A stretch of DNA of 64,000 nucleotides from the NCBI GenBank assembly GCA_044222185.1, contig JBGANV010000001.1, forward strand, positions 800,001 through 864,000. The letters run 5' to 3'. Of the stretch, positions 27,101 to 35,848 are shown piece by piece. Origin of the DNA: Planctomycetota bacterium (lineage in GTDB: Bacteria > Planctomycetota > GCA-002687715 > CAIWVZ01). The position numbers and the translations under genes were made by a program. Numbering within the stretch: position 1 is the first letter of the stretch; every line of letters starts with the position of its first letter. Below the pieces are notes generated by a model that was not told the DNA's origin, did not search any database, and saw nothing but the letters and a program-made list of their open reading frames with translations.

Positions 27101-29662
27101 TCACAGGCGCGGATCGACTGGCTCGCTCTCGAGCGCAAGCACGCCGAATGCGCATTCGTGAACACGACGCAACGGGTCCTTGCGAACGAAGCGTTCGACC
27201 CCCTCGAGCCCGAGCGCGAACTCCCGGAGTGCGAGGCTCCGCTTGTGCCCGAGGCCCCGTACTCGCAGGCGATCGAGCGACTCCGGCGTGTCGTAGGTCG
27301 GGCCGTAAATGATCCGCAGGTACTCCGGCCCGCGGCACTTCAACGCGGGCTGGACGAGTTTCGATCCGTCGCGCGCGACGTACGTGCGTGGTTTCACGAC
27401 GAACCCCTCGCCGCCCTTGGACGTGAGTTCGTTCCACCACTCGACGGCGCCGCTGACGGCACGGTCGTCCGCCAGGTCGACGAGACGCCACTCCGTCGGC
27501 CGGATGAGCGGATCGGCCTCGGCGAGGCAGCGGGCCGATTCCATGTGCCACACGTGATCCCTGTCGAAGAACGTGCGTCCTTCGGCGGCGAGAACGTGAA
27601 AGGGCGCGACGGCGACGTCGTCCAGTGAATCCACGGTCCAGCAGTAGTGTCGGTAGGCGTTGCGGAACCGCTCGACGCAGGTCACGTCCCGTTCGACGCG
27701 TGCCAGTGTTTCGGTCAGAGCGAGACCGCGCCCGTTGGCGGCGCGGAGAGTCTGCGCCGCGTTCTCCAGCGCCACGGTGGCAGCAGTTCCGACCGCCGCG
27801 TACTGCGACCGCAGCAGCTCTTGAGCCTTCAAGTTCCACGGCATGATCTCGCAGTCCAGTGCGAGCCAGTCGGACCGGAAGTCGTCCCAGACGCCGGCAC
27901 GTCCGAATGCAATCGCGAGGCGCTCGAGGAGCGCGCGCGTTCGTGGGGCGTCGAAGAACGGACGTCCCGTGCGCGTGTAGCAGGCTCCCAGTGCCGAAGT
28001 CCCGAAACGCGCGAGTCCCGCGGCCTCGTCGCGGCAGACGATGAGTATCGCTCGCGATCCCATGTGCTTCGTCTCGCAGACGACTTCCGGGACGGCATGG
28101 CGACGGAAATAGGCGAAAACCTCGTCTGGGTGCTCGAGGAAGCCTGGCCGTGTCGACGTCTCGCTCGGCGACATCGTGGGCGGCAGGTAGATCAGCCATC
28201 GGAAGTCGACCGCGAACCGGGAAACGGCTTCGAGGGCGGCGGCTGCGTGCTCCGCTCGGATCGTGATCGTCCGATCGAGGGGCGTCGGGATCACGTGCTT
28301 CCCCGTGAAGTCCTCGACTTCGAGGATTTCGTCGTGCTGCCATTGGAGCGGTATGGGAGCGGGACGCGGTGCGTCGGGGACGAGCGGCCTCGCCGGCTCA
28401 TACCAGGTCCGAGTGGCTCGTACGCTCACGAGCTGCTTCTCTGGGTAGCGAAGTGCCGTGAGTCGTCCGCCGAAGACACAGCCCTGGTCGATGTTGATCG
28501 TCCGATTGAGCCACTCGGGCTCGGGCGTTGGCGTGTGGCCATAGACCACGGTTGCTGAACCTCGGTAGGTCGCCGCCCAATTTCCACGAACGGGGAGGCC
28601 ATACTCGTCCGTCTCGCCGGTCGTCTCGCCGAACAGGGCGAAGTCGCGGACCGCAGGCGATCCACGGCCGATCATGTCCTGCCTCATTCCGGCGTGGGCG
28701 CACACGAGCCGACCGTCGTCGAAGACGAGGTGGGAGGCGAGGCCATCGACGATTCGGCAATATCGCTCCACGAACGGTTCGCGGTCCGCTGCCGAGAGCT
28801 CGTGGATTTCGCGCAGCGTGACCTCGAGGCCGTGAGAGATCTTGACCTTGCGACCAGTCAGGTGTCGGTGGAGTTTCACGTCGTGGTTGCCTGGCACCCA
28901 CCAGGCTGCGCCTCCTTCCACCATGTCCATCGCGAGACGCAACACGGCGACGTTGCGCGGGCCGCGATCACAGAGATCTCCCAGGAAGACGAACTTGCGG
29001 CCGTCAGGGTGACGGGGGACTCCGTCGGCACCGACCGCGTAGCCGAGGCGCGTCATGAGGTCCTGCAACTCGTCACCGCACCCGTGAACGTCCCCGACGA
29101 TGTCGAACGGCCCACGCTCGCCGCGCTTGTCGGAATGGAGCGGTACTCGTTGGATGGTGGCCGTCGAGATCTCGGACACGCCATCGAGGACGAAGACGTG
29201 GCTGAACCCCTCGCGCTTCATCCCCCCGAGGCTGCGTTGAATCGAGCGGGATTGCCCGGCGACGACGTGCGCGCCGAAATTGCGGTCCGGCCGCTCGTGA
29301 TTGCGTGCGTCGCACGTCCGCGCGGGGACGTCCAGAACGATCGCGATCGGCAAGGCATGCACCCGCCTGGCGAGTTCGACGAGGGGTTTTCGATCCTCAG
29401 AACGGGCGTTGGTCGCGTCGATGACGGTCAGTCGTCCCAGTCGCAGTCGCGCCTCTGCGATTCGATGCACGAGCTCGAACGCTTCCGGAGTCACCGACTG
29501 GTCGTTCTCGTCGTCGCTCACCATCCCGCGACAGACGTCGGAACTGACGACCTCCGTCGGCTTGAAGTGCTTCCTGGCGAAGGACGACTTCCCACTTCCG
29601 CTCGCACCCACGAGAACGACGAGTGCGAGCTGGGGAATGGAGATGACTCTTGGTTCGGTCAA
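27101..29662 (-). CDS. pnkp: Polynucleotide kinase-phosphatase-ligase (bacterial Pnkp)
   Basis: Kinase GASGSGKS/DATN; phosphoesterase GDVHG, GDLCDRG, GNHD, HAG, YGH; ligase KHMGSR, EGFVVKP, KCRG; ends DPRL. Confidence 0.97.
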   Translation of the reverse strand: MTEPRVISIPQLALVVLVGASGSGKSSFARKHFKPTEVVSSDVCRGMVSDDENDQSVTPEAFELVHRIAEARLRLGRLTVIDATNARSEDRKPLVELARRVHALPIAIVLDVPARTCDARNHERPDRNFGAHVVAGQSRSIQRSLGGMKREGFSHVFVLDGVSEISTATIQRVPLHSDKRGERGPFDIVGDVHGCGDELQDLMTRLGYAVGADGVPRHPDGRKFVFLGDLCDRGPRNVAVLRLAMDMVEGGAAWWVPGNHDVKLHRHLTGRKVKISHGLEVTLREIHELSAADREPFVERYCRIVDGLASHLVFDDGRLVCAHAGMRQDMIGRGSPAVRDFALFGETTGETDEYGLPVRGNWAATYRGSATVVYGHTPTPEPEWLNRTINIDQGCVFGGRLTALRYPEKQLVSVRATRTWYEPARPLVPDAPRPAPIPLQWQHDEILEVEDFTGKHVIPTPLDRTITIRAEHAAAALEAVSRFAVDFRWLIYLPPTMSPSETSTRPGFLEHPDEVFAYFRRHAVPEVVCETKHMGSRAILIVCRDEAAGLARFGTSALGACYTRTGRPFFDAPRTRALLERLAIAFGRAGVWDDFRSDWLALDCEIMPWNLKAQELLRSQYAAVGTAATVALENAAQTLRAANGRGLALTETLARVERDVTCVERFRNAYRHYCWTVDSLDDVAVAPFHVLAAEGRTFFDRDHVWHMESARCLAEADPLIRPTEWRLVDLADDRAVSGAVEWWNELTSKGGEGFVVKPRTYVARDGSKLVQPALKCRGPEYLRIIYGPTYDTPESLDRLRVRGLGHKRSLALREFALGLEGVERFVRKDPLRRVHECAFGVLALESEPVDPRL

Positions 29663-31044
29663 GCATCCCTCCGATCGAAGATCGCCATCTGCGTGGGCGC
29701 CCCGACGTCCCGGTCAACCGGCCCTACGTCTGCGAACTGCACCGAGAAGTCGGGGGACGCCGACTCACACCAGGTGCGAAACTGCGCTCTCGACCATTCG
29801 AACCGATGATCACGGTGTCGCAGCGCCCCTCGTCGCATCCCATCGAAGCGGACGTTGTAGTCGACGTTCGGCGTGGTGATGACGACGCGGCGCGGCTTCA
29901 ATCGGTCGAAGACGATCCTCTTGAGCAGGTCGAGCCGTTCCAGGTCGACGTGCTCGATCACCTCGATGAGCGTGATCGCGTCGAAGCCGTCCAGTCGCCG
30001 GTCGTGGTACAGGAGGGACGACTGGAGAAGTGTGACGCGCCCCGCCGCGGGAGACCCCGGGCGATCGAGTTCGAGTCGTCTCTCGGCGCGCGACAGCGAT
30101 TCTGACGAGACGTCCGCGCCGACGATCTCGGTGAAACCGCGGTCCTGCGCAAGCGTCGCCAGCAATCGGCCCTCGCCGCATCCGATGTCGGCGATGCGCC
30201 GGAATGGCGGCTCACCAAATCGGAGCGCACGGACGACTGCCGCGATCCTCTGATCGGCGAGGCTGACGCGGGACTCGATCGCGTCCTCGTCGGACTGGTC
30301 TTCGTCATCGGCTGCGGCGGTTTCGACCGTCAGTTGCGACAAGGCGGCGTGAACGAGCGGGCGCTGGTACTTCAGGAACCGGTTCGAGATCAGGAGCTTT
30401 TCGGGATGGCGGTCGAGCCATCGGGCGCCGTGGTCGCGGAGTTTTTCGACCTCCGCGTCACCGACGAAGTAGTGCTTCTCCGTGTCGAGTACGGGGAGGA
30501 GCACGTAGAGGTGGGCCAGGAGGTCCTGGACGGTCTGCCGGCCCGCGATCTGGAGACTGAGCAGGCTCGCGTCGCCCCATTCGGGAACGCTCGGGTCGAG
30601 CGCATGCGTCGTTGCCGTGACCGAGTAGCCGAGGGGAGCGAACAGCCTCGTCGCCATCGCCGCGCCGCCCTTGACGACGACGGCAGGGATCCGGGCGGAC
30701 AGCTCCAGGGGCTCGTTCACGAGCGCCTGGCGATCCCGGCTCCTTCCGGCGAGCGCCGTCGAGAAGGCCTCGCGGAGAGCGACACTCGTGAGGCTGGAGG
30801 CGACGTACGGGCGGTCGTTCACGTACTCAGCAAGTGGCGTCGCGCGATCTCGGCCGCGAACGGGGTGTACGGGGTCCACTTCGACGAGCATGGCGACCGT
30901 CGCGCGGCTCGGCCCCGACTCGGGGTAGAACACCGTGACTCGGCCGAAGGACACCTCGCGCCGGAAGATCGAATCAGGGTGTTTGTGAAGCAGGAACCCG
31001 AAATCGTCGGCGCGAGCGCCCTCGCAGCTGATCGTGAGAAGCAA
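29659..31044 (-). CDS. hen1: Hen1 3'-terminal RNA ribose 2'-O-methyltransferase
   Basis: MLLTIS start (TTG 31044, 6 nt after GGAGG), FLLHKHP, YVNDRPY, DIGCGEG, EVIEH, RHRDHRFEW; stop overlaps the pnkp start. Confidence 0.97.
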   Translation of the reverse strand: MLLTISCEGARADDFGFLLHKHPDSIFRREVSFGRVTVFYPESGPSRATVAMLVEVDPVHPVRGRDRATPLAEYVNDRPYVASSLTSVALREAFSTALAGRSRDRQALVNEPLELSARIPAVVVKGGAAMATRLFAPLGYSVTATTHALDPSVPEWGDASLLSLQIAGRQTVQDLLAHLYVLLPVLDTEKHYFVGDAEVEKLRDHGARWLDRHPEKLLISNRFLKYQRPLVHAALSQLTVETAAADDEDQSDEDAIESRVSLADQRIAAVVRALRFGEPPFRRIADIGCGEGRLLATLAQDRGFTEIVGADVSSESLSRAERRLELDRPGSPAAGRVTLLQSSLLYHDRRLDGFDAITLIEVIEHVDLERLDLLKRIVFDRLKPRRVVITTPNVDYNVRFDGMRRGALRHRDHRFEWSRAQFRTWCESASPDFSVQFADVGPVDRDVGAPTQMAIFDRRDA

Positions 31045-32033
31045 CGTCATCCTCCGCGGAAGGGCGACATGTAATCCGCGGCATCGGCGTACCCTGGCGC
31101 CCTCTTGCAGTGGCGGTCCGGGCAGTCGTCGGTCGGCCCCACAGGCGGGATCACGACGGCCGGGGCCCCGGTCGCCGCAGGTTCGGCGCGGCACCGGCGG
31201 GGAAGCCCGGACGCCGGGATTTCGAGGGGGCGGCTTCCCCGGTCTCACGTGGGTGACCCGCGAATGCCGACGATTCAGGAGATGACACCGGAAGCTCCGG
31301 GCATCGAACCGGAAGAAGGTCTCGGAAGGGAATCGGACGGCGGTCGGCCACGGTCTTTCAGGCCGGTGCGGTCCGAGATGGGGCGGGAGCGATCCCATTC
31401 CCGCGGCGACGCGGACCCCACGCCGGTCGGGAACTTCGTGACGGCGAGGTGTCAGGACTGCGGAACGAGCTATCCTCCACGGTTGGTTCGTCGGCGAAGC
31501 GTTCGTCGGCATCCACTTCACTCGACCTGGCTCGGCGAGCGATGAGCAGCGGTTTGCGAGCCTTTCCCCTCGGGAGCATCGCACATGGCAGGTCGCGGCC
31601 CGGAAGCTCTACTGACGCGTCAGCGAGAACGAGCGATCCAGGTGGAGCAAGCCGCAGAGGACCTGACGCCTCGCGCGTGCAGGAGCGGCGCCGAGGCGCG
31701 TTGCGCGGCCCGAGATCCCATGGAGCGGACGTACGTTCCGTTCGGCCGCAACTGAGTTCTCCTGCATCGTGACCTCGATCCACACGCCCTCACCCATGAC
31801 GCGCGACGTGCCGGCATTCCGTGGCCGACGGACTCCCGGTGTCGTCGGAGCGGAATCGTGGGGGAGGATCATCGTCGCGTCCACTTCGTCATCGCGGACG
31901 GTCGTCCGCGCGCGAGTCGCCGGAAACCGCCCGCGGCGCTTCGTGAAATGCCTCACGCTCGGCGGTCGCGTTGAGAGTGCGAGTGGGGTTGCACCGCACC
32001 ATCGCTGGGACGGAAGCCAGCCCCGGTAGTTTC

Positions 32034-32972
32034 ATGATCACCTCAGAGCAAACCGTGCGCGCGGCCGTGAAGGCTGCACCCCTGGCACCTCCCGCCGTTC
32101 GCCCGTGGACGTGGCCGTGGTTCAAGTGGGCCAAAGGGGAAGGGAAGACGTTCTTCTGGGTCTGCCTGCTTCACGGCCTTTCGTTGATCGGAGTCGCGCT
32201 CTTCCCCTTGCCGGGGTGGCCCGTCGCCCTCGCGGCCTACGGACTCTTCTGGCTCGGTGGGCTCGGGACGACGATCGCCTACCACCGCGCTCTGGCGCAC
32301 CGCGCCGTGAAGCTCAACCCGGTCGTCGAGTTTCTCCTCGTCGCCGCGGCGATCTTCAACGGCTCGGGAACCCCCGCGACGTGGACTGCAAACCATCGCC
32401 TGCATCACGCGACCTCGGACACGCCAGCGGACATCTCGAGTCCGCGTGTTGGCGGGTTCTGGTGGGCCCACCTGCGGTGGCTGTGGCAGATCCCGCAGAC
32501 TTCGATCGCTCGCTGGGCCCCCGATCTGAATCGGCCCAAGTACGCGGCATGGACGCGACTCCAGCTTCCGATCCTGGCCGTTGCCCTTTGCATCGGCGCG
32601 CCGTTCGGCTGGGCCGCGTTCTTCTGGCTCGGACCGATCCGTCTCCTCTTTGCCTTGCACTCCCAGTGCGTCGCCAACTCGATCGCGCACATGGAACCCG
32701 TGATGCGCGACGGCGAGGACTCGAGCCGAAACGTCGCGTGGCTCAGTCCGGTGCAGGCGTTCCAGGGCGAGAACTGGCACCGCAACCACCATGCGCAACC
32801 GGCGTCGGCGCGGCTTGGGTGGACGTGGGCACAGATCGATCTTGGTTGGTGGTTCATCGTTGGACTCGAGAAGCTCCACCTCGCCACGAAGGTTCGTCGT
32901 CCCCGCGGAGCGCACGCGAACTTCTCGCCCGCGGACGTGCCCGTTCCGGTCTCGGGCAACCACCCGACGTGA
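32034..32972 (+). CDS. Membrane fatty-acid (acyl-CoA/acyl-lipid, delta-9-like) desaturase
   Basis: Three His boxes YHRALAH, NHRLHH and WHRNHH; GFWWAH, NSIAH, QIDLGW. Confidence 0.93.
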   Translation: MITSEQTVRAAVKAAPLAPPAVRPWTWPWFKWAKGEGKTFFWVCLLHGLSLIGVALFPLPGWPVALAAYGLFWLGGLGTTIAYHRALAHRAVKLNPVVEFLLVAAAIFNGSGTPATWTANHRLHHATSDTPADISSPRVGGFWWAHLRWLWQIPQTSIARWAPDLNRPKYAAWTRLQLPILAVALCIGAPFGWAAFFWLGPIRLLFALHSQCVANSIAHMEPVMRDGEDSSRNVAWLSPVQAFQGENWHRNHHAQPASARLGWTWAQIDLGWWFIVGLEKLHLATKVRRPRGAHANFSPADVPVPVSGNHPT

Positions 32973-33000
32973 AGCGGCGTCGGCTCCGCGCCGCACGTCG

Positions 33001-33337
33001 CGCGGACCGCCAGGTTCCACCTGGCCGGACGGCAGGGCTCCAGCCCTGCCGAGAACGTCGTCTGCCTCTCGATCGCTGCCTGCGGAGCGCCAGGTTTCAC
33101 CTGGCCGGTTGGCAGGGCTCCAGCCCTGCCCTGAACGCCGTGTGCCTCACGCTCGCTGCTGCGTGTGAAACGAACGCGTCAAAGCGGCCGCCGGCTGTCG
33201 GCGCGCCTCCCAGCGTCCCGCGCGAGTCCGGAGGCCTCGCGGTCCAGCCACGCTGAAAGCGTGGCGCCCCCGCCACTGCCTGCGAACCGCGGAACGCCAG
33301 GTTCCACCTGGCCGGACGGCAGGGCTCCAGCCATGCC
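33001..33337. repeat. REP/BIME-like hairpin cluster: two tandem ~80-bp units plus a third 50-bp copy
   Basis: Units start at 33001, 33081 and 33288; each carries CCAGGT-TYC-ACCTGG and GGCAGGGCT-CC-AGCCCTGCC palindromes (one mismatch in copy 3); extra hairpin GCCACGCT-GAA-AGCGTGGC at ~33247-33265. Confidence 0.85.
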
Positions 33338-33367
33338 CGGCACGTCGTCCGACCTGAACCGCCACGT

Positions 33368-34825
33368 CTACGTCCCGAGCACGAGACGAAGGCCGTTCGA
33401 GAACTGGAACGTCGGACCCGCGATGGCGACGGCCTGCAACCAGGCCTCGATACCGATGACGGCGGGGTCCGACGGGATGAGCGCCGAGAGGACGAACCCG
33501 CCCGATACGTCCGTGACGAACGGCGTCAGAACCGCGAGCGCGCTGTTCGCGACGTAGAGCGCGCAGCCACCTCCGAAGGCTATCGGTGGCGCGGCGTTCG
33601 GGGGGCTGAGGAACACGAAGCCCCCGACGTTCGGGGCCACGTGCGCCAGGGTGACGATCAGCGTGCTGCCGAGTGAAGGCGGGTTCGCAGAGAGCGACGG
33701 AGGCGGATTGGCGCCACAGCCGACGCCAATGGTGCTCGCGATCGCCGTCGAGTCCGTGCCGGCGACCGAGAGCATGAAGAATCCCTGATGGGGCACCGCA
33801 CCCTTGTCGCTCACGGCGATCCAGTAGGTCTGCCCAGTGAGCGCGAGGAACGTGGCACTCGAGAGCGCTCCGCAAGCCCCGTCGTCGTCACACGCGATCT
33901 GGACGAGGCTCGAACAACTTCCGGCGTAGATGCCCAGAACCGTATCCGAGAGCGCTGGCGTGCCGGGAGCACTCGCGCAGGTCGAGACGGTCACGCTGCG
34001 GTTCGCCGTGGTCGCGTTCGTGTAGCTGAACCACACGTCCGAGTTGTGCGGAGCGCATGAGGCCAGTCCCGTCGCGAACGATGCGCCGAGGTTCGCGGCC
34101 GGCGTGAGGCCTTCCGCTGCCGCGATCGCGGTGCTGCAGGCATCGTTCAGGGCGAGGAATCGGATGCTGTCGACGAGCAGGTAGCTCGGGCCCGCGTTGT
34201 CACCACCATTCCAACACGCGATGCTGAGGTATGCGCCTGCTGGAAGCGGCATGGGGATCGGGCCCAGGAACGTCTCGACACCGAACGTGAGCGTGTCGGG
34301 GCGGGCGCCGACGGTCTGGTTCGTGCAGGGTGGAGCCGAGTTCGGCGTGTTGAACGTGTCGACGTAGACGAGCTCCTGGATCAGCGTTCCTGCCGCGCTG
34401 ACGATGGCGAAACTTGCGCCGTCGTTGAATGGGCTGTTGACGCCCTCTGCGCGGAAGAAGTTCCACGCGAAGGTCAGACCCGTCGGCCCCGGCGGGATCG
34501 GGACGCGGACTTCGGTCACGAGCGGGGGAAGTGGTCGGGCAATGGGTCCTCCCGGGGGGACGATGGTCGGCGCCGTCACGGCACCGCCATTCCCGAGGAT
34601 TCGTGCGTACCGCGCGCCGCTCGTCGGCATCCCGCAGACGATCGTGCTCGCGATCCCGGTTCCAACGAGATTGTTCGACGTCAGTCCTTCGCAGTTTCCA
34701 GCGGAGCCGAGCGGAGGAAATGCGCCCAGCGGTGCGCAGTCGAAGTCGACGGCCGTGATGACCTGGCCTCGGCAGACCGCGGTCGTGATCGCGACGATGG
34801 TGAGTGCGATCTGGGATCGGTTCAT
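33368..34825 (-). CDS. Exported multidomain protein (NDxC/PPC-like domain + C-terminal GC..P..Q..SNG module)
   Basis: AAGGA RBS; signal peptide; NDACSTA..DVWFSY..VSTC..DTVLGIY..IACDDD; C-terminus resembles that of 16657..17625. Confidence 0.85.
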   Translation of the reverse strand: MNRSQIALTIVAITTAVCRGQVITAVDFDCAPLGAFPPLGSAGNCEGLTSNNLVGTGIASTIVCGMPTSGARYARILGNGGAVTAPTIVPPGGPIARPLPPLVTEVRVPIPPGPTGLTFAWNFFRAEGVNSPFNDGASFAIVSAAGTLIQELVYVDTFNTPNSAPPCTNQTVGARPDTLTFGVETFLGPIPMPLPAGAYLSIACWNGGDNAGPSYLLVDSIRFLALNDACSTAIAAAEGLTPAANLGASFATGLASCAPHNSDVWFSYTNATTANRSVTVSTCASAPGTPALSDTVLGIYAGSCSSLVQIACDDDGACGALSSATFLALTGQTYWIAVSDKGAVPHQGFFMLSVAGTDSTAIASTIGVGCGANPPPSLSANPPSLGSTLIVTLAHVAPNVGGFVFLSPPNAAPPIAFGGGCALYVANSALAVLTPFVTDVSGGFVLSALIPSDPAVIGIEAWLQAVAIAGPTFQFSNGLRLVLGT

Positions 34826-34921
34826 CGGGCGTCCTTTCTTCGGTCGTACAGCTCGATCGCGCCGATGGCCTGTGTGACGCGTGCAACCCTCGACCCGCGG
34901 CGACGGTGCCACGCGCTGCGC

Positions 34922-35716
34922 TCAGTCGTGGTCGTGCCCGCGAGGCTGCGTCGTTCGCGATTGAGGACGCGAATCGGGTGTTGGTGCGGCGTCCGCCAGG
35001 TCGATCCAGAAGGCGTCGAAAATCTTGGAGCGTACGAACGTGAACGAGACCTCCGCGTACCCTCCGACTGCCGAGTCCTGCGTGAAGAATGCTCCACCAC
35101 CGGGTTGCTGGGGGTCGAGCCGGTACCCGACGAGCAGGCGACTGTGATGCGAACCCGTGGCCACGGGCCATCCGCGGCGAAGCACGTCCTGGATCTGATC
35201 GAATTCGGCGTCGGAGATTCCCGGCGTCGTGGCCCAGTGGCGGAGCCAATGAACGGTCAATCGGCCACGGGCGGCGATCCTCAGCGCACTCGCCTGCTCG
35301 ATCGCATCGGCAGGCGGCGTCGTCTTCGCGTCGAATGCCGCGCCATACGGCATCTTCTTTTCCTCACAAACGCCGCTTGCCTCGAAGCCCGCCAGGATGT
35401 GATGGAAGAAACCTCCGTCGTGGTCGGCACCGATCGCGCGGTTCTTGGCCCAGTTCAGGAACTCGACGCTGACGATCGTGGGCGCGCCTTTCATCCGCGA
35501 CATGGCGACGTCGAGTGCTCCGGCGACCGTGAAGACCGAGCATGTGGGCCGTGGGCCCTGCGCGCGCGGAGGCACACCCAGGCGCTGGAGTTCGGGACGC
35601 AGATCCACGATCGACGGTCGTGACTCTGCCGGCCGAGTCGGCCGTGATTCCTGTGCGATGAGAGGCGCGACGGCGAAGAGGACAGGAAGGACGTGGCGCA
35701 GGTGGATGACGATCAT
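34922..35716 (-). CDS. Exported papain-like (C1-like) cysteine peptidase
   Basis: VDLRP, QGPRPTCSVF (oxyanion Gln, catalytic Cys), SVEFL, HSRLLVGY, QDS in place of NS. Confidence 0.8.
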   Translation of the reverse strand: MIVIHLRHVLPVLFAVAPLIAQESRPTRPAESRPSIVDLRPELQRLGVPPRAQGPRPTCSVFTVAGALDVAMSRMKGAPTIVSVEFLNWAKNRAIGADHDGGFFHHILAGFEASGVCEEKKMPYGAAFDAKTTPPADAIEQASALRIAARGRLTVHWLRHWATTPGISDAEFDQIQDVLRRGWPVATGSHHSRLLVGYRLDPQQPGGGAFFTQDSAVGGYAEVSFTFVRSKIFDAFWIDLADAAPTPDSRPQSRTTQPRGHDHD

Positions 35717-35848
35717 GGGCTCCCCGTTGTGGTGGCCCATCGTACGCGACCGACGCATCGCGCGGGTCGGGCGCGGGGCGTGCGCGCTGGCGGCGCGCAC
35801 GCGCGTGGTCCGAGCGCGCGTTCGCGCTCGGAACCCGTCAGAGAAGAC

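Noticed and set aside
33001-33337. CRISPR array
   Set aside because: Only three copies with unequal gaps; the inter-core sequences of copies 1 and 2 resemble each other (tandem duplication); no cas genes. REP-like is a better fit.
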